Of a stretch of DNA of 64,000 nucleotides, positions 38,406-52,136 are shown piece by piece. The stretch is from contig NC_082711.1 in assembly GCF_030144855.1 (NCBI RefSeq), positions 167,586,001 through 167,650,000 on the forward strand, in the 5' to 3' direction. How positions within the stretch are numbered: the stretch's first letter is position 1; every line of letters begins with the position of its first letter. Origin of the DNA: Hypanus sabinus. Taxonomy: Eukaryota. A model generated the notes under the pieces. It worked only from the letters and a program-made list of their open reading frames with translations. It searched no databases and was not told the origin of the DNA. Both the position numbers and the translations under genes were made by a program.

Positions 38406-41400
38406 CACAGATATGCCGATATATCCCATTGTATTATCTACCAGTCATCTATGCTATCTATGCCATTTTACTAACCCACCCATCTACATTTTCATTCTGG
38501 TAATCTAAATACACACTCTATAAACTATCCGTTCCATTGTATTCATTACTTTGCTCCTGCCTATTTTTACTGGCCCTGACATCTACCTTTCTCTGCATCT
38601 GTCCACTTGCCGACCCAGTGCTCTGGTTCCCATCCCCCTGCCAGACTAGCTTAAACTCTCCTGAGCAGCACCAGCGAAACTCCCGGCCAAGTTCTGCCCG
38701 TTCAGGTGTAACCCGTCCTTTGCTAATGGCAGCTTTGAATCTAGGAAAAGTGAGAAACCAGGCATGTATCTAAGTTGCAGAGAAGGAAGGCGAGTGGAGA
38801 AAAGAAAGGGAATGTTTGTGTACAGATCGAGTTGACAGCCAGAGACTTTTCCCGAGGTGGAAATAACTAATATGAGGGGACATGATTTTAAGGTGATTGC
38901 ACAGAAGTACAAGGGGAATGTCGGAGATAAGTTTTTTTAAATACAAAGAGTGGCGGTTGCGTGGCACACCCTGTGGTAGAGGCAGATACATTCTGAACAT
39001 TCAAGTGATTCTTGGATAGGTGCAAGGATGATAGAAAAATAGGGGGCCATGTGGGAGGGAAATATGGATGTGAATCTGTGGATTGCTTAACCCTAGAGCT
39101 ATTGCAGAAGAGGAGAATATCATATTGAGGATGTTTCATTATTTATTATTTACTGTCTATCTGTCGTCAAGGAGCTGAGTTATTCTTTTCAGATGTTACT
39201 GTGCCTAGAGGTTCCTTGTCGTGGACATGAAGTAGTGACTCACTAAAAGTGAAGTCGATAAGGAAATGGAGAATGTCAAGTAGCTAAAGACTTAGTGGAA
39301 AAGCCGAAGTTCCTGGGGGTAATTAACACCAGACAAAAGAGAGGAGTGATGATAATTTGTCTTTCATTGGTGATTAACTCTCAGGTTGGTTTCTCAAGGT
39401 GGGATGGATGGTTCAGAATTGAGCACTGGGGCCACTCTTCCAGCAATGTTTTTACTTCAAAGGTTTCAAAGGGACATTTAATGTCAGAGAAATGTATACA
39501 ATATAGATCTTGAAATGCTTTTTCTTTGCAACTATCCGCAGAAACAGAGCAGTGCCCCAAAGAATGAATGACAGTTAAATGTTAGAATGCCAAAGTCCCC
39601 CCAGCTCCCTTCCTTCCCACTGTAAGTGGCAGCAAGCAATGATCTTCCCCCACTCCCCACCAGCAAAAAAAAAGCATCAGCACCCACCACTCAAATGTGC
39701 AGCAAGAGCAAACAGCAAAGACACAGACTTGCAGTACTCCAAAGACTACATTGTTCACCCGGTATTTGACATACCACAGTCTCTCTGTCTCTCCGTTTCA
39801 CAGTGAGAGGGGAGAATGTTCCTTTAATTAGCAGGCCATTCAAAGCACTGAAACATGGTAGCTCAGCGTTTAGTGTAACGCTTCACATCACCGGTGCTTG
39901 CTGCTAGGAGTTTATACATTCTCCCATGGGTTTCCTCTGGGTGCACCGATTTCTTTCCACGTTCAGAAGACGGGGGTTAGCGTTAGTAAGTAGTGGCCCT
40001 GCAACGTTAGCTCTGGAAGCAAGGCGACCCCAGCATGTCCTTGGACTGTGTTGGTCAGTGATGCAAAGGACACGTTTCACAGTATGTTTCGATGTACGTG
40101 TGACAAATAAAGCTAATCTAATCTTATCGCACTATTTAATTGTGTAAAATCTCTGTGCACTAATTAGATGCAGTTAACTCCTTTAAAATGATGCTCTAAT
40201 CACTTATGCATTGTTAATTGAACCAAATGGCGATTAGCTATAACGGGCCTTTCCTGTATTTTCTCCAAGATTTGCAGATTCCCACACTCATTTAGGTTTA
40301 AATTATTCATCGATTCCTCTCTGTTGATGCGCAGGGAGACGTCCTCTTTGACTGCATCCCTTATATACATTTAAAACCAAGGGGGCCATACATCTCAAGA
40401 CAAGACTCACAGAGAGGGTGTGGGGCTAGATTTACCCTCAGATTTCCATGCGACTGATGACATTATTATCCTCACTGTGCAATTGGATTCGATTACACTG
40501 CATGCTGTGCAAGCTGTCAAGGCTCTAACTTCACACAGTCGACTGCCTCGCAAGATAACCATTTATCCAATGAATGAAAGGACTAAAGTTGGAATATCAT
40601 GTCCCCAGAATGAGTGAGAGTAGCAGAAAAAGTAAATGCAAATGTGGTTATTTGTTGTTTAAACTTTGAAGTATCCTTGCGACCTGTTCATTTGTAAATG
40701 TAACAGGACTGGGCTATATACTGCTTTGATTTCTTTTATCTTCCCTTGAATTGACACAACACTAAACAGCTCTGTGGTTAAGTATCCATAATCTAGCTCT
40801 GCTCTCATTCTTGTTTATCATCTCGTAGCTCCACTTTGCACTATGTTTAGGTAGTAGTTTGAAATCTTTTTGGTGACAGCATCTTCTTATATGAATGCTG
40901 TGTCTACTGATCCCCACTCTCAAAACCTTTCAACACCTCTCCCCACACCCACACCTTCCTCCTCTCCCACAACCCAATGCTTTTCGACCTAGGTTGGTTC
41001 AGCAACTTCAGGGCCTTAATTGCAATTGGCTTCAAATGAAAGACTTGGTGGCATTAGAGTTATTCATGGTAAGTACAGTCTCAGTACTTTTATATTTATA
41101 TGCTGTAGCACTTTTCATTTGCAGTTATTTTGTAAATAACACTATTCTTTGCATTTCTGGTTAGATGCTAAGTGCATTTCATTGGCTTTCTATCTGTACT
41201 CAGCATAATGACAATAAAGTTGGATCTAATCTAATTAGGCAGCATGGCGGTGCAGCTGGTAGCCCTCAGATATTATTAATTATTCTATTATTTGGACATG
41301 TAATGCAGTAACAGGGCTCTGCAGTTCAATGAGACTGCATCACCAAACGACACACCTATTAAGCCAACCTCTTTGGAATGTAGGAGGAAACTGGAGGAAA

Positions 41401-41979
41401 TATAAATGATCATGGGGAGAATGTACAAACTCCTTGCATTCCTCCCACATTTGATAGTGGTGGAATTAAACCTGGATCACTGCTGCTGTTATTCATGTCT
41501 GTGGGTCATAAACTGCCTTAACTGTGTAGAAACTCAGACCTATTCATGTAGGTAGACTTGGCCACATTCTTCCTCCAGGTATGACAATATTTCCACCTCT
41601 CAACTTGGTTTTCTTTTAAGGTACTTTAAGAAAACCTATTTCCTTGATCAGACTTTTGGTCATCTCCACTAACCTGCCACGGCATAATTTCTTGCATGGC
41701 GACATTCCCCTGAAGTCCGGCAACCGTGGTTCATGGTTCAATCTCAGTCTCTGCTGCCTGTGTGGGTTTAACACCATGACTATGCAGTTTTCCTCAGTTT
41801 GCTCTGGTTTCCTCCCTCAACCCAAAGATGTGGAGGTTGACAGGTTAATTGTCCATTGCAAATTGCCTTGAGTACAGGCTGATGAATAATTCTGGGGTAG
41901 AAGGGGAATGCAGCAAGAATGTGGCAAACTATTGGAATGGGTGCCTAGGAATAGGATTTAGGAGCATTTGGAGAATCAT

Positions 41980-43085
41980 AGTCTTGTTGGGGATAGTCTG
42001 GCTTTGTGAGAACTCTAATTGGAGTTTTTTTTTGAAGATGTCATAAAACAAATTGCAGGTCGAGCAGTGGATGTGGTATACATGGATTTTGGTAAGCATT
42101 TGATGAGATTCTCCATGATAGGCTCATTGAGGAAGTCATGAGGCGTGGGATTCATGAGAAGTTGGCTACACAGATTCAGAATTGGCTTGCCTGCAGAATG
42201 CAGCGAGTGGTAGTAAATGGAATGTGTCCTGCTGCAAGTCGGTGACCAGTGGCGTTCCACAAGATTCTATTCAGGGACTCCTATTCTTTGTGAATTTTAT
42301 AAATGACTTGGATGAGGAAGTGGAGGGGTTGGTTGTTAGGTTTGTAAATGACACAAAGTTGTGGATGAGTACAGGGATCTTGTGCTCCAGATCCATAGAT
42401 CCCATCAAAGTTGCCATGCAAGTTGAGAGGGTGGTTAAGAAAGTGTATGATGTGCTGACCTTCATTAGCAGTGGGAATGAGTTCAAGAGCTGCTAGGTAA
42501 CATCGCTGCTCTATAAAGCTCTGGCTAGACCACGTGCAGTATTGCTTAGTTCTGGTCACCTCATTATGGGAAGGATATGGAAGTTTGAGAGAGGATGCAG
42601 AGATGATGACGAGGATGCTGCCTGGATTAAAGATAATTTTTTATGAGGAAAAGTTGCATTAGCTGAGTCTTTATTATTTGGAGCAATGGAGTATCAGAGG
42701 CGACTTGATAAAGCTGTACACAATTATGGGATGCACAGATAGAATGGGCAGCCAGCACCTTTTTCCCAGGATGACAATGGCCAGTACCAGAGGACATCCA
42801 TTTAAAGTGGCAGGAGGAAAATTTAAGGGGGATGTCAGAGGTAGGCTTTTTTTTTTTTTGCAGAGATTGGTGGATGTCTGAAAGCACTGACTTGGGTGGT
42901 GGTAAAGGCTGATTCAATAGGGATATCAAAAAAAAACTCAGCGAGGTACATGAATGTAAGCAAAATGGCATGTTGTGGGCTGTGTAGAAGGGAAGAGTAA
43001 CATTGATCTTGGAGTAGGTGTATATAGGTTAGCGTATTATCATTGTCAGGAAGGTCCTTACCGTTCTGTACTGCTCTGTGATCTA
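41980..43085 (+). mobile_element. CR1 ORF2 RT fragment
   Basis: AVDVVYMDFGK, VTSGVPQDS, FINDLDE, FVNDTK, 3' UTR. Confidence 0.85.
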
Positions 43086-43269
43086 ATAAAATAAAATTTT
43101 TGTAGGATTAGTGTCAATGGGTGCTTCATGGTCAACAAGGACTTTGTGGACCCAAGGTCCTTTGCTGTGCTTTATGATGCTGATTCTACGACTTGGGTTA
43201 ATGAGGCTACAGCCATGTGTTGGTTGCAGACTCATTAACCTGACCAGGTAAGCCTCATTACCAGACCAG

Positions 43270-43675
43270 GCTGCAGAGAGTTGTAAACTTAGTGAGCTCC
43301 ATTATGGGCACTAGCCTCTGTAGTATCCAGGATATCTTGAAGGAGTGATATCTCAAAGGTTCCCACATCACTTAACTCATGCCCTCTTCTCATCGCTGCT
43401 GTCAGGAAGGAGGTACAGGAGCCTGAAGGCACACGCTCAGTGATTCAAGGACAGCTTCTTCCCCTCTGGCACTCGATTTCTGAATGGCCATTAAACCTAT
43501 GGACACTATGTCACTATTTATTTATTTATTTATTTCCCCACAACTTATTTAATATATATACTTACTGTAATTCAGGTTTTTTTCTATCATTATGTATTGC
43601 ATTGTAGTGCTGCTGCAAAGATAACATTTCAGGACATATGCCAGTGATATTAAACCTGACCTGCTGCTGATTCTG
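43270..43675 (+). mobile_element. Rex/Babar-like 3' fragment
   Basis: LQRVVNLVSSIMG...LFSSLLSGRRYRSLKAH; AAACCTGA tail. Confidence 0.78.
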
Positions 43676-46139
43676 AGATAAGGAAAGCAAGTTTCCTTCC
43701 CTGAAGAACTTTAATGATTCAAATGGCTTTTTACAATATTTTATGGTTTCTGTTGCTGCAATTTGCCATTTCTTATGCAAATTCCAGACTTCCTTATTCA
43801 TTAAATTCTCCCAGCTGCTGTGGTGGGATTTGATCTGCAGTCTCCAGATCAATGGCCCAGAACTTTGGCTGTTAGTCCAATATCCCAACCGCTACACTGC
43901 CAAACCCCTCAGGAATTGACGTGGCAGCATTGCAAATGCCAGCCACAACAGCAAAAGAGTATTGTGGAACAAATTGTGCTATGTTGGCGATGAAGTCGAT
44001 CTTCAATCTTCTGGCTTGGCTGAAAGGTATAAGAGGCTTACATTTCCTGTATAAATAACTGTGGGCTTCTGTGTGATGCATGTAGTGCTGTCAGCTTTTA
44101 TGTTTAGTGCACAATAATTGCAGGAGGACTAGAGGAAAAATAAATTGGCTTGCAGTTATATAACATGTCATGATTGAACCCTCTTACAAAACAGTATGTG
44201 TGAGGTGGCGGTATCAGTAACCCAAGAAAGCCTGCAGGTGAATGAGTATAAATTAGATGCACAGATGTAAATTGTGTAAATGGCACAGATGAAGGATGTA
44301 CTAAGTGGAAGGCACCACATGGCTTAAAGCTTCTACTCGGCTCTACAGAAGCTGTGAACATGCAATAGAAGACTAAACTTGAAAGATTTATCTGAGATCA
44401 ATATGCTGAGGTGATTCACCAGAGTGTTGCCTGGACTGGAGAGCAAGTCTTATGAGGAGAGGTTGAGTGAGGGAGGATGAGAGGTGACTTGATAGAGGTG
44501 TGTAAGATGGTAAGAGGTACAGGGTGGACAGCCTTCAATTTTTCCTAGGGTGTAAGTGACTAATAGGAGAGGGCATAATTTTAAGGTGATTGGTGGAAAG
44601 AATGCGGGGGGGGGGGGTTGTGCGGGGAATGTCAGAGGCAGGTCTAATAACACAGAGCAGAGTGATGGGTGAGTGGAGCGTGCTACCAGAGGTGGTAATC
44701 AAAGCATATCCATTCAGGACATTTAAGAGACTCTTAGATTGGCACATGAATGAAAGGGAAAATGGACAGTTATGTTGGAGGGAAAGGTTAGATTGAACAT
44801 ATGGAGTAGGTTAACAGGTTGGCTCAATATCATGGGATTAAGAGCTTGTACCTTGCTGTGTTGTTCTGTGTTAACATAACTATTGTTCAGCTTGGTTACA
44901 TAAAGTAATTTCCAAAAACACGAGACATTCCTACTTGGGTCATCTATTTTATGAACCTTCAAAATAGGTTAGTTACTTTCATTTTGCAAACTCCAAAATA
45001 TTCTTGAGTGGGAGGGTTGTTGCAGGGATCATTTCAATTGCAACACTTATTTTGTGGGTGGGAAATGAAATTCTCTGTTGAAAATAAGGTGTGACAGATT
45101 TCCTTCATCACACCATCAATCTATTTCAAAAATTCATACTTGGATGACATTTATTTCCATCTTTTGGTCCACTGAGAAAGGTTGAGGAGGCTACTGGAGG
45201 AAAAATGAAGTTCTTATGGAAAGAGGCCATTAAAAAAACCATAAATCAGTGGAGCCATTTGGCCCATCGAGTCTGCTCTGTCTTTCCATCATGGCTCATT
45301 TATTATCTCTCTCAACCCCATTCTTCTGCCTTTTCCTCATAACCTTTGACGTCCCTACTAATCAAGAACCTATGAACCTCTATTTTGAATATACCCAAAG
45401 ACGTGGTCTATGAGGCTGTCTGTGGCAATGAGTTCCACATATTCACCACCTTCTGGCTAAAGTTATTCCTTCTCTGTTCTAAAGAGTCGTTCTTGTATCA
45501 GTCAGCTGGAGGTCCATTTATTGGGAAAGTTGTAGTCAACCATTTACAATTGTTTAGGTATACAATTGAAAACTGACCCAAAATACAGCCAATAAAAACT
45601 TGGCTTGAGGGTTCTTTTTCAAACATTGCCAAACCCAACTTCAGGGCTTTGGATTAGGTAGCGAGGTTTAATATATGTGGTCAGCTTTCTGATGCAGGTT
45701 CACAAATGACCAGATCTAATGAATTCAATTCAGAGTTTGTTGCTGAACTTGTGTGCACATCTCTCCTGTTTTATTTCCATTCAGGACGAGGCCATTTGGC
45801 CAATTGATTCTATGCTCGTTCGCAGCGGGTCTGCATCAGCCCCATCCCCCTCTTATTTCATTATAACCTGACTTCTTGCACATGGCCTTCAGCTACCTCC
45901 TGAATCTTTTGCTGCCCGTCTGCAGGGTTAACCAACCAAGCAAAATGTGTTTCGGATGCAGGAGCACACAGATGTGACTTGCGTAGTCACAGATCCACCT
46001 TGTGAACTCCATATGGCCAGCACCCTGGCTCACATAATTCATCACTGAACTGAGGGTCACAAACTAAACCCCCATCATTGGTTGTCAACATGTTCCTCCC
46101 TACTGCTCACCTTCCTGTCGTATTTTCTCTCAAGACATG

Positions 46140-46725
46140 TTTGAGTACAGGAGATAGGATGTTATGTTGAAGTTGTATAAGACATTGGTGAGACCTAATT
46201 TGCAGTTTTGGTCACCTACTAACAAGAAAGATGTAAATAAATTTGAAAGAGTACAGAAATTTACAAGGTGTTGCCAGGACTGGAGGTCCTGGATTGTAAG
46301 GAAAGATTGAGTAGGTTACGACTATATTCCTTGCAATGTAGAAGATTGAGGGAGATTTGAAAGAGGTATACAACATTATGTATTGATAGGGTAAATGCAA
46401 GCAGGCTTTTTGCACTGAGCTTGAGTGGGATTACAACTAGAAGTCGTGGGATAAGGGTGAAAGATGAAATGCTTAAGGGAAACATGAGGGGAAGCTTCTT
46501 CCCACAAAGGGTCGTGAGAGTCCGGAATGAGCTGCCAGTGCAAGTGATGCACATGAGCTTGATTCCAAAGTTTAAGAGAAGTTTGGATAGACACTTGGAT
46601 GGCAGGGATAGGGAGGGCTATGGTCCGGGTGCAGGTTGATGGGGGTAGGCAATTTGAATGGCTCGGCACAGACTAAAAAGGCCAAAGAGCCTGTTTCTGT
46701 GCTGTTCTTTTCTAAGATTCTATGA
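46140..46725 (+). mobile_element. CR1 3' fragment
   Basis: LKLYKTLVRP, LERVQ, RVVRVRNELP, TCTATGAC tail. Similar fragments at 75-340, 38820-39070, 44410-44870 and 46970-47225. Confidence 0.82.
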
Positions 46726-47568
46726 CAGTACTTTAGATCTATGCTGGCTCTCCCATGAGCACCATTTCACTTAGTGCCCTGAAACCCGTTCTCTCACATT
46801 GTCCATCACCTCCACTGTACCTGTCCTGCCACATGCTGGGGGAGCTTTGTAGTGGCCAGTTAGCGTATCAAGCAGTACCACCTTGGGATATGGGCAGAAA
46901 CTGGTGTACTTGGAGAAACCCACACCATCACAGGGACAACATGCAAGCAGCAGCCGGGGACATGTTTTTATGACGGGGGGGTGGGGAGTTTAAACAGGGG
47001 CAAGTGCTTTTTTTTCACTCAAATTGCAGTAGATGCCTGGAATAGATTACTAGGAGTATTATTGGAAGCAGGAAGTCTGAAGGACTTCAAGAGGCATTTA
47101 GATAGTCACATGAATATGAAAGAATGGAAGGGTAAGGATGATATACAGAAGGAAGACAATGCGTATAGATTAGCATCAAAATCAACGTGGGCTGAATGGC
47201 CTGTACAATGGCTGTACTGTTCGATTTTCATTCTTTCTCAAATCATTGTTTTATTCACCTGAAATATCTGTTTGACTTGTTATAATGCACACCTGGCCAG
47301 CTTCCCTCACTGAAACATTTATCAATCTGTTCCCACTGGTGCTCATGTCCAAGCTTTGTTCAAATCCTATTTCTCCATCACACTACAATTCTGTGTTCAT
47401 CATTAGTTCCTGGTCAAGCAAGGAATGAAGTTAAAAAAAAAATCCTTCTCCTTGTTCTTAAATCCTCCGTGGCTTCTTCCTTCCCTATATCTGAGGTACC
47501 CGAGCAACACACACAGAGAATTCTAGAGGAACTCAGCGGATCAGGCAGCATCAATGGCAGGGAGCAAA

Positions 47569-47606
47569 CAGTTGATGTTTCAGGCCGAGTCCCTTCTTCA
47601 GGGCTG
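47569..47606 (-). ncRNA. Minimal type I hammerhead ribozyme motif in a short PLE pLTR (best-preserved core)
   Basis: Reverse complement reads CAGCC CTGAAGA AGGGACTCGGCCT GAAAC ATC AACTG: CUGANGA and GAAA boxes intact, stem I partly mispaired. Confidence 0.6.
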
Positions 47607-48679
47607 AGCTGCTTTCATCCTAGACTCTAGAATATTTTTGAGTTTAATCACTGCAATTTAACGGATATGTGTTTGGCTTCCTGGGTCCTGAGCTTTAGGA
47701 TTCCTTTCCTTTCCTTTTCCCTTCTCTACTTTAGGCAGCTTAAAAAACCATTTCTCTCACTGAAATTTTGATCATTTGCACTAAATATTGGCAATGAACC
47801 ATATAAAGATGTTTAGTTTAACAGCGTGCTTGCAAAGTGCTTTGAGATATTAGCAGACGTGCTGTACAAGTACAAGGTATGGATAAACAGGTTTACTTCA
47901 GAGTCGTGAGGTCTCTGATTAAAATTTCACTAGAACACCTGATTTGTGTTAATCCTGTAAGATTTGTAACTTTTTTTGAAGATGCCGCTGAGCTGCGGTC
48001 TCCATTGAGAGTGTGGCTCGGACTTGGTTGGTTTTGGTGGCAGAGTGCGGAGTAAGAGATCAGGTCGGGGTTTAGGGATAGTGATATGGATGAGATAGAG
48101 GGCAGACCTCTGCACCACGATGAAGGCCAGTGACACGGACGGGCGACGAAGGAAATCCGCAGTCCAGACTCTATTCTGCGCCTGAATCCATGTGAGCAAG
48201 AGGCGTGAGGAGGCGCGTGGGCAGGTCAGTTGGTGAACCTGGAGTTTGGGGTCCTGCCATCAGCTTGTCTGTGGGTCAAAGGGTGATCAGTAGTCCAGCT
48301 TTGGAGTGAGAAGACTCTGTCTTTCTGTGTGTGTGTGGGAGGGAGGAAAGGGGCTTGTTTATGCCGGTGTTGTTTTGTTGCTTGTGTTCTGCCGAACATT
48401 GTGGGCATGCTGTGCTGGTGCTGGAATGTATGGCAACACTTGTGACTGCACATCCCTAGGCTGTGATAGTTAATGCAAATGACACACTTCACTGTATATT
48501 CCAATGTACATGTGCTAAATAAATCTGAGTCTGTGCTCTGAGAGGATCACTCCACTGTATAAAGCGCTAATTTTCAGAATAGCTAAGGCACTGTGTACCT
48601 AACTAGGCAGGTGTGAAAGGACCATTGAAGAGTATTGGATTCTTCTGATACCTTGGTCAACCATTGCTCAATGCAACTT

Positions 48680-48970
48680 TTATCTCCTGTGGTCCACTCT
48701 CCTCTCCTATCAGATTCCTTCTTCTCCAGCCCTTTACCTTTCCCACCCACCTGGCTTCACCTTCTACCTATCCTCTTTCCCCTGCCCCCCACCTTTTTAT
48801 TCTGGCATCTTCCCCCTTCCTTTCCAGTCCCGAAGAAGTGTCTTGGCCCAAAACATTGACTGTTTATTTGGTTCCATAGATGATGCCTGACCTACTGAGC
48901 TCCTCCAGCACTATGTGTGTGTGTGTGTGTGTGTTGCTCTGGATTTCCAGCATCTGCAAAATCTCTTGTT
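48680..48970 (+). mobile_element. PLE pLTR with degenerate hammerhead and a (TG)n tract
   Basis: CAGTCCCGAAGAAGTGTCTTGGCCCAAAACATTGACTG at about 48825-48862. Confidence 0.75.
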
Positions 48971-49074
48971 TATTTTTATTTCACTGTCTTACTTGCAGAA
49001 TGATCCTGCTCGATATCCCTGTGTTATAGAAGTGGCTGTAGGTGTGCAGCTCGGGTGGTTGATAGTTGGTTTCA

Positions 49075-49293
49075 GTTCTCCGATCTTGGCAAACTACTTG
49101 CAAACGTTTTGTCACTCTGTGAGGAGATACTGTCAGTGCACTGTTGATTGTGATGTGTCTGCTGAATGCCCGGCCTTTATATACTTTTCAATCAACAAGC
49201 ATTCGGAGGACACACCACAATCGACAGCACACTGATGCCGTCTCCTCGCACGGTGATGAAATGCTTGCAAGTAAATTGCCAAGATCGGAGAAC
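49075..49293. repeat. Long inverted repeat (two 95-nt arms, 29-nt spacer), PLE/hammerhead-derived
   Basis: Arms 49075-49169 and 49199-49293 align without gaps at about 78%, mostly transitions. Confidence 0.9.
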
Positions 49294-50589
49294 AACTCAA
49301 CCCAATCACTAAATTACATTGTGCTTTGGGGTATTGCAAAGGTTTGATAAGACTGAATATAAACTCTTCCTAAAATATGTCCAGTTTGCTCCTCTGTAAT
49401 TCTAATGAGAATTGGTTCCTAAATCATTGGTAATTTAGGTAGGAAAGACTGGATGTATTTAGAATATTTATCTTCTCCAAAGTATAAAGTACAAATCTGT
49501 TACTAGTGAAAAAGCAAGCAAGCTGGTTTGGGGTAAAAACAGGAAGAATATGGGAGAAATACCAGGCAATCCATTTAAAGGGTGTCAAGAGATTGAACAA
49601 GATATTTGCCAGTTTATACAGTATAGAACATTACAGCACGATACAGGCCCTTTGGCCCATGATATTGTGCTTGCCTTTTAACTTCCAAATCAATCTAACT
49701 ATTCCCCCTACAATAACCCTCAAGTTTTCTGTCGTCCATGTGCCTTCCCAAGAATTTCTTAAATGCCCCTATATGGATAGCAAGAATGCACATTAGAATT
49801 AGGAATATGCAACACAACACAACTGTGCAGGGGGAGAGTAAAAAAGAGTATTGGAAATACAAGCTCTCAGCACTAATGTACAGGAGTTTGTAATCTGATG
49901 GTGTTGACAGTTTATATGTGTGCAGACAGAGAAATGACAGCATTTTAGATTTATTTTGACTTTCTGCAGTCTCTGCAGGCAGACTCATTGAAAACTGAAG
50001 TGCTAAATTGTACACGGCAGACTGTAGACAGGTGTAGAGTTGTAAAGATTTTTCTGGCAGACAGGAATATTGCAGTAAATCAGCATCCCTCAAAAATGTG
50101 ACCAATTATTGTACCAACTTAGAATTGCCAGCACTGGTGTGGTGGGAACATCTTCTTGCCGAGTGCTGTCAGTCAAACAATGCTTCACAGTGTAGCAGCG
50201 AGTAAAATCTGAGAGAAGTGTTGGGGCCTGGGAAACTAACAGAGAGGTTTACTTGACACTTGGCTGCTCTAAGGTTGGGTTTGTAGTAGATTGTAGGCAT
50301 TCACAGTAGATACAAAAGATACAATAAAATCAATGAACGACTACCCCCAACAGGACAGCCAGCAACCAATGTGCAAATACAAATTGAGAGAAAAAGAAGT
50401 AATAATAATAAATAAACAAGCAATAAATATGAAGAAGGTAAGTTGCAGAGTCCTTGAAAGTGAGTCCACAGGTTATGAGATTAGTTAAGTTGAAGAGTGA
50501 AGTTATCCCCTTTGGTTCAAGGGGATGGTTGAGGGGTAATAACTGGTCCTGAACCTGGTGTTGTGGGTCTTGAGGCTAATGTACCTTCC

Positions 50590-51930
50590 TGGTTGAATTG
50601 ACTTTATTTCTTACATCCTTCACATACATGAGGAGTAAAAATCTTCACGTTATGTCATTGTCTTAATGTGCAATTTATAGTAATTTATAATAGTATGTAC
50701 GACAGGACAGTCAATGTAACATAGAAGTACAGTTGTATCAGCATGAATTAATCAGTCTGATGGCCTGGTGGAAGAAGCTGTCCTGGAGCCCGTTGGTCCT
50801 GGCTTTTATGTTGCAGTACCATTTCCTGGGTGGTAGCAGCTGAAACAGTTTGTGGTTGGGGTGTCTCAGGTACCCAATGATCCTTCGGGCCCTTTTTACA
50901 CACCTGTCTTTGTAAATATCCTGAATAGTGGGAAGTTCACAATTACAGATGTGCTGGGCTGTCCACACCACTCTCTGCAGGTTCCTGCAATTGAGGGAAG
51001 TACAGTTTCCAAACCAGGCAGTGATGGAGTCAGTCAGGATGCTCTCAATTGTGCCCCTGTAGAAATTCCTTAGGATTTGGGGACTCATGCCAGCTTCTTC
51101 AATCATCTGAAGTGAAAGAGGTGCTGTTGTGCCTTTTTTCACCACACAGCCAGTATGTACAGTCTACGGGAGATCCTCAGTGATGTGGATGCCAAGGAAC
51201 TTAAAGCTGTTCACCCTCTCAACCCCAGATCCATAGATGTCAATAAGGGTTAGCCTGTCTCCATTCCTCCTGAAGTCTACAACCAGCTCCTTTGTTTCTG
51301 CAACATTAAGGCAGAGGTTATTCTGTTGACATTGCTGTGTTGGGGTGATAACTTCCTCTCTGTAGGCTGTCTCTTATTTGAGATTAGGCCAATCAATGTA
51401 GTATCATCAACAAACTTAATTAGCAGATTGGTGCTGAGGGTGCGCACAGTCATGGGTGTACAGGGAGTAAAGGAGGGGCTCCTGTGTTGAGAGTCAGAGG
51501 GGCAGAGGTGAAGGACCCACTCTTACCAGCCGCAGTGAGAAGAGTGCAGGACATGGATGGTGGGGGTTCTTGATGATGGATGCTGTTTCCTAGCGACAGT
51601 GCACCGTGTAAGGTGTGTTCAGTGATGTGGAGAACTCTGCCCGTGATGGACTGAGTTGTATCCACAACTTCTATAGGCTTTTCCATCCAAGGGCAGTTGT
51701 GTTTCCATACCAGGCCCTTGATGCCCCTACTCAATATACTCCTCCCCATGCATCTAGAGAAATTTGTCAAAGTTTTAGATGACCTGCTCAGTCTTCTAAG
51801 AAAGCTGAGCCACTTCCATGCTTTCTTCATATGGATCCAGGACAGATCCTCTGAGATGATAATACTGAGGAATTTTCATCTCCAGCACTGATTTCCCCCC
51901 ATGAGTACTGGCTCATGGACCCCTGGTTTT
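50590..51930 (-). mobile_element. Two adjacent Rex/Babar-like LINE fragments
   Basis: KFVDDTT, NFYRGTIESILT.SITAWFG, LQDSFFHQAIRLIN; the second fragment starts near 51530. Confidence 0.85.
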
Positions 51931-52056
51931 AGAGTACGTGGAAGTGTTAATTGTGCCTCCAGAGGGATGGAACAAATACTAGCTTGTTGGGTTTACTGGA
52001 CCATACTTTGAAGGAGACTTAAGGCCTTGCTGTTAATCTGAGATCATTGTTTAGAT

Positions 52057-52136
52057 CAGAGATCCCAAATCCTTTTTATGCCATGGGCCTCGACTATTAA
52101 CTGAGGGGTTCACAGAGCCCAGGCCAGGAATCCCTG
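52057..52136. mobile_element. 80-bp hAT (Charlie-like) MITE
   Basis: CAGAGATCCC...GGAATCCCTG with 8-bp TSD GTTTAGAT / GTTTGGAT. Confidence 0.8.

Noticed and set aside
48995-49110. Possible LHFPL7 exon 2 (TTGCAG then ...VGVQLGWLIVGF)
   Set aside because: Only superficial similarity; it runs into the PLE-derived palindrome with no convincing donor.
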